DNA of 64,000 nucleotides from assembly GCA_963751275.1 (NCBI GenBank), contig CAVVTZ010000005.1, positions 32,001 through 96,000 on the forward strand, read 5' to 3'. The notes beneath the pieces are model-generated. The model saw only the letters and a program-made list of their open reading frames with translations. It was not told the origin of the DNA and ran no database searches. Both the position numbers and the translations under genes were made by a program. Below, in pieces: positions 61,552 through 64,000 of this stretch. The stretch is from an uncultured Gemmatimonadaceae bacterium (GTDB lineage: Bacteria; Gemmatimonadota; Gemmatimonadetes; Gemmatimonadales; Gemmatimonadaceae). How positions within the stretch are numbered: the stretch's first letter is position 1; each line of letters opens with the position of its first letter.

Positions 61552-62400
61552 CTACGCGCGCTCGAAGAGCACGAACATCGTCATCCGCCGGATGGCTTCC
61601 TTCTTCTTCGCCGACTGGAAGAGCGCCATGAACTTGATCATCCACATCATGGCCATCTCGCGATCGAGCCGCGTGGATTCCAGCAGCGACGAGCGCCATT
61701 CCTTAACGCGCCAGCCGTGCGGCCGGAAGAATTCGGTGCTCCCTTCGGGGCCGAACTTGAACGGCGCGTTCTGCTTCAGCGTCGGGCTTTTCAGCCACCG
61801 GTCCATCATCTTGAGCAGCATGGGGCTCGCGAGGTCGATCGACCACCAGGTGAACGACGGCACGGCGTGCAGATCGTCCGCGAGCGCCGCCACCTGCTCT
61901 TCGCTGAGATAGATCAGGAGCCCCTCGGTGACCACGAGCACGCGCTGCGACTCCGCGCCAATGCGCTGGAAGAGCGCCTGGCGCGTTGCGCGATCGGTGA
62001 GATCCGTCGTCACCGCCTCGTAGCGGCAGCGCGGCGTCTGTCCTTTCATCATGTCCGTCTTGTAATTCAGGATGCCGGGCAGATCGACATCGATCCACCG
62101 AAGCGTGGGCGGCAGCTCCATGCGCCAGGGCCGCGCGTCGAGGCCGGCCGCGAGGTTCACGACCGTGTCCGCGCCGTCGCGGATCGCGGCCATGATGAAC
62201 TCGTCGAACACCTGCGTGCGCACGATCATCGCCCACGCCATCTGGCGTCCGCGCTTGATCCCGTTCACGATCGCCTCGCCCTTCTCCCCCGCCAGCCGCC
62301 GCGCGTACGGATCCTTGAAGAGCGCATCCGGCCGCTCCGTTTCCATCGCGCGATATACCGCGACCCAGCGGGCGGTGTCTGATACGTTCTCAACGGTCAT
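61552..62400 (-). CDS. SAM-dependent methyltransferase, LCM/TcmP family
   Basis: SDTARWVAVYRA.E, FKDPYA, VVNLAAGLDARPWR, TEGLLIYL. Confidence 0.88.
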   Translation of the reverse strand: MTVENVSDTARWVAVYRAMETERPDALFKDPYARRLAGEKGEAIVNGIKRGRQMAWAMIVRTQVFDEFIMAAIRDGADTVVNLAAGLDARPWRMELPPTLRWIDVDLPGILNYKTDMMKGQTPRCRYEAVTTDLTDRATRQALFQRIGAESQRVLVVTEGLLIYLSEEQVAALADDLHAVPSFTWWSIDLASPMLLKMMDRWLKSPTLKQNAPFKFGPEGSTEFFRPHGWRVKEWRSSLLESTRLDREMAMMWMIKFMALFQSAKKKEAIRRMTMFVLFERA

Positions 62401-62412
62401 TCGAAGCTCCGT

Positions 62413-62520
62413 GTTCGCGGGGCGCGGGGCGCGGGACGCGCCGCGGGAAGCGCAACCGAGTGTGAATCCATTGAGCTGTTCTCGCGTCCCGCGGCGCATC
62501 CCGCGTCCCGCGTCCCGAAC
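62413..62520. repeat. Inverted array of GGGACGC-type heptamers
   Basis: Left arm 62413-62452 and right arm 62483-62520 are imperfect reverse complements. Confidence 0.7.
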
Positions 62521-62599
62521 GTTGATCGTGCACGTGCCTCCCAGGAACAACGAAGCGGACCCAACCATGAGTCCGCTCGATGATCGCGACCCGCGCGGA

Positions 62600-62821
62600 T
62601 CAGCTCTTATGCCGAAACGTGATCCGACCTCTCGTGAGATCATACGGACTGACCTCGATCCGCACCCGGTCGCCCGCGAGGACGCGGATGCGGAACCGGC
62701 GCATGTTGCCGCCGAGGGTCGTCAGGACTGTGTGGTCTTCACTCACCGCGACGCGAAAGGTCGCGTTGGGGAGTACTTCGGTGACCGTGCCTTCCAGCTC
62801 GATCGCGTCCTTCTTCGCCAT
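62600..62821 (-). CDS. infA: Translation initiation factor IF-1
   Basis: [24 protein letters not shown]...IRVLAGDRV...[13 protein letters not shown]. Confidence 0.96.
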   Translation of the reverse strand: MAKKDAIELEGTVTEVLPNATFRVAVSEDHTVLTTLGGNMRRFRIRVLAGDRVRIEVSPYDLTRGRITFRHKS

Positions 62822-62833
62822 CCGGAGCGGCGC

Positions 62834-63028
62834 TTAGCGGGCGTTACGCTGCGCGCGGGCGCTGCGCTGACGCGCGGCCTCCGCCTTCTTCTGGCGTGCC
62901 TCGCTGGGCTTCACATAGAAGCGCTTCTTGCGCACGTCCTTCAGCACACCCGCGCGAATGACCTTGCGCTGGAACTGCTTGAGCGCGACTTCGATCCGGT
63001 CGTTCTCACCCAGAATGATTTCGACCAC
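62834..63028 (-). CDS. rpsU: 30S ribosomal protein bS21
   Basis: IEVALKQFQRKV..AGVLKDVRKKRFYVKPSEAR. Confidence 0.9.
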   Translation of the reverse strand: MVEIILGENDRIEVALKQFQRKVIRAGVLKDVRKKRFYVKPSEARQKKAEAARQRSARAQRNAR

Positions 63029-63085
63029 GATTTACCCGTCCTCTTGAATTAGGCTCTCGGCCATCGGTACACCCGTAGACGCACA

Positions 63086-63114
63086 AAGTTACCCCCCGAT
63101 ACCCCGAAAGGCAA
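63086..63114 (-). promoter_or_regulatory. Sigma70-type promoter of rpsU-infA (TTGCCT-N17-TAACTT)
   Basis: -35 at 63109-63114, -10 at 63086-63091. Confidence 0.5.
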
Positions 63115-63115
63115 T

Positions 63116-63142
63116 GCGGGCGGGGACTTAGCCCCCGCCCGC
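63116..63142 (-). terminator. 10-bp GC hairpin downstream of citrate synthase
   Basis: GCGGGCGGGG-ACTTAGC-CCCCGCCCGC. Confidence 0.4.
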
Positions 63143-63200
63143 CCCATCCGCCGCGCCCGCCGTCGAAAGCCGGGCGCCGAGAGCTGATGTCCGCCGTTGG

Positions 63201-64000
63201 CTACTTCTTGAACCCCGGGTAATTCCGCTCCGCCGGCCCCGTGTAGATCTGCCGTGGACGCGCGATCTTCTGCTCCTTGTCCAGCAGCATCTCCTCCCAC
63301 TGCGCCAGCCAGCCCGCGGTGCGCGCGATCCCGAACAACACGGTGAAGAAATCGGTCGGGAAGCGCATCGACCGGTAGATCAGTCCCGTGTAGAAATCCA
63401 CGTTCGGGTACAGCTTGCGGCTCGTGAAGTAATCGTCGCTCAGCGCGATCCGCTCCAGCTCCAGCGCGATCTCGAGGTCCTTGTCGATCCCGACCTCCTT
63501 GAACACATCGTCCGCCAGCTTCTTCACGATGCGCGCGCGCGGATCGTAGCTCTTGTACACGCGGTGGCCGAAGCCCATCAGCCGCTGTCCCTTGCCGCTC
63601 TTCACCTCTTCGATGAACGCCGGCACGTTCTTCGGGTGCTCGATCTCCTCGATCATGCGCAGCACCTGCTCGTTCGCGCCGCCGTGCAGCGGGCCGAACA
63701 GCGCCGCGATCCCCGCCGCGACCGCCGAGAACGGATCCACGTGCGACGAACCCACCGCGCGCACCGCGTTCGTCGAGCAATTCTGCTCGTGGTCGGCGTG
63801 CAGGATGAAGAGCACCTCCAGCGCCTTCGCGAACACCGGGCGCGCCTCGTACTTCGGCTCGCTCATGCGCGCGACCATCGACAGGAAGTTCTCGCAGTAC
63901 GGCAGCGCGTTGTCGGGATACACGAACGGCATCCCCTTCACGTGCCGGTAGGTGAACGCCGCGAGCGTCGGGACCTTGGCCAGGAGCCGCACGATCGAGA
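63201..64000 (-). CDS. gltA: Citrate synthase (5' end outside the window)
   Basis: LHADHEQNCST, GPLHGGANE, LMGFGHRVYK, YPNVDFY. Confidence 0.96.
   Translation of the reverse strand, partial: SIVRLLAKVPTLAAFTYRHVKGMPFVYPDNALPYCENFLSMVARMSEPKYEARPVFAKALEVLFILHADHEQNCSTNAVRAVGSSHVDPFSAVAAGIAALFGPLHGGANEQVLRMIEEIEHPKNVPAFIEEVKSGKGQRLMGFGHRVYKSYDPRARIVKKLADDVFKEVGIDKDLEIALELERIALSDDYFTSRKLYPNVDFYTGLIYRSMRFPTDFFTVLFGIARTAGWLAQWEEMLLDKEQKIARPRQIYTGPAERNYPGFKK

Overview
High-GC (roughly 70% by eye) bacterial chromosomal window, most likely from a Gemmatimonadota genome (inferred from gene content and order). About 58 kb is co-oriented on the minus strand and much of it is translationally coupled. 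In order of transcription: tilS-hpt-ftsH-folP-cdaA-DUF2723, then yggS-divIVA-punA-ileS-dksA-lspA-rluD, then an ~18.5 kb signalling operon, a small membrane ORF plus tRNA-Val, a secreted TPR protein, the dcw cluster (rsmH to ftsZ), a vWA membrane protein, ftsY, recG and asnS. The right end has lemA-htpX (+ strand), tonB, a SAM methyltransferase, infA, rpsU and a partial citrate synthase. The standout is the signalling operon. A complete Bacillus/Thermotoga-type (F1-like) che set (cheW-cheY-cheA-cheC ... cheR-cheD-cheB-cheW-cheW) has no chemoreceptor in the locus. It is split by an inserted block: a 905-aa TPR protein, two DUF4388 + MshEN-like + TPR proteins, three roadblock (MglB/MglC-like) proteins, a catalytically intact MglA GTPase, and a tandem double-AAA+ DnaA-like ATPase with no DNA-binding domain and a dead second Walker A. 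Other observations: a DnaA-box cluster in the ftsA-ftsZ spacer, a GIHH-type IleRS2, recurrent leaderless or short-leader promoters, and two intergenic inverted repeats. Many genes carry single-base frameshifts, densest at 1-1800 and 43800-49500. These are almost certainly sequencing or assembly indels, so some boundaries are approximate. All domain calls come from motif recognition by eye; no database search was run.
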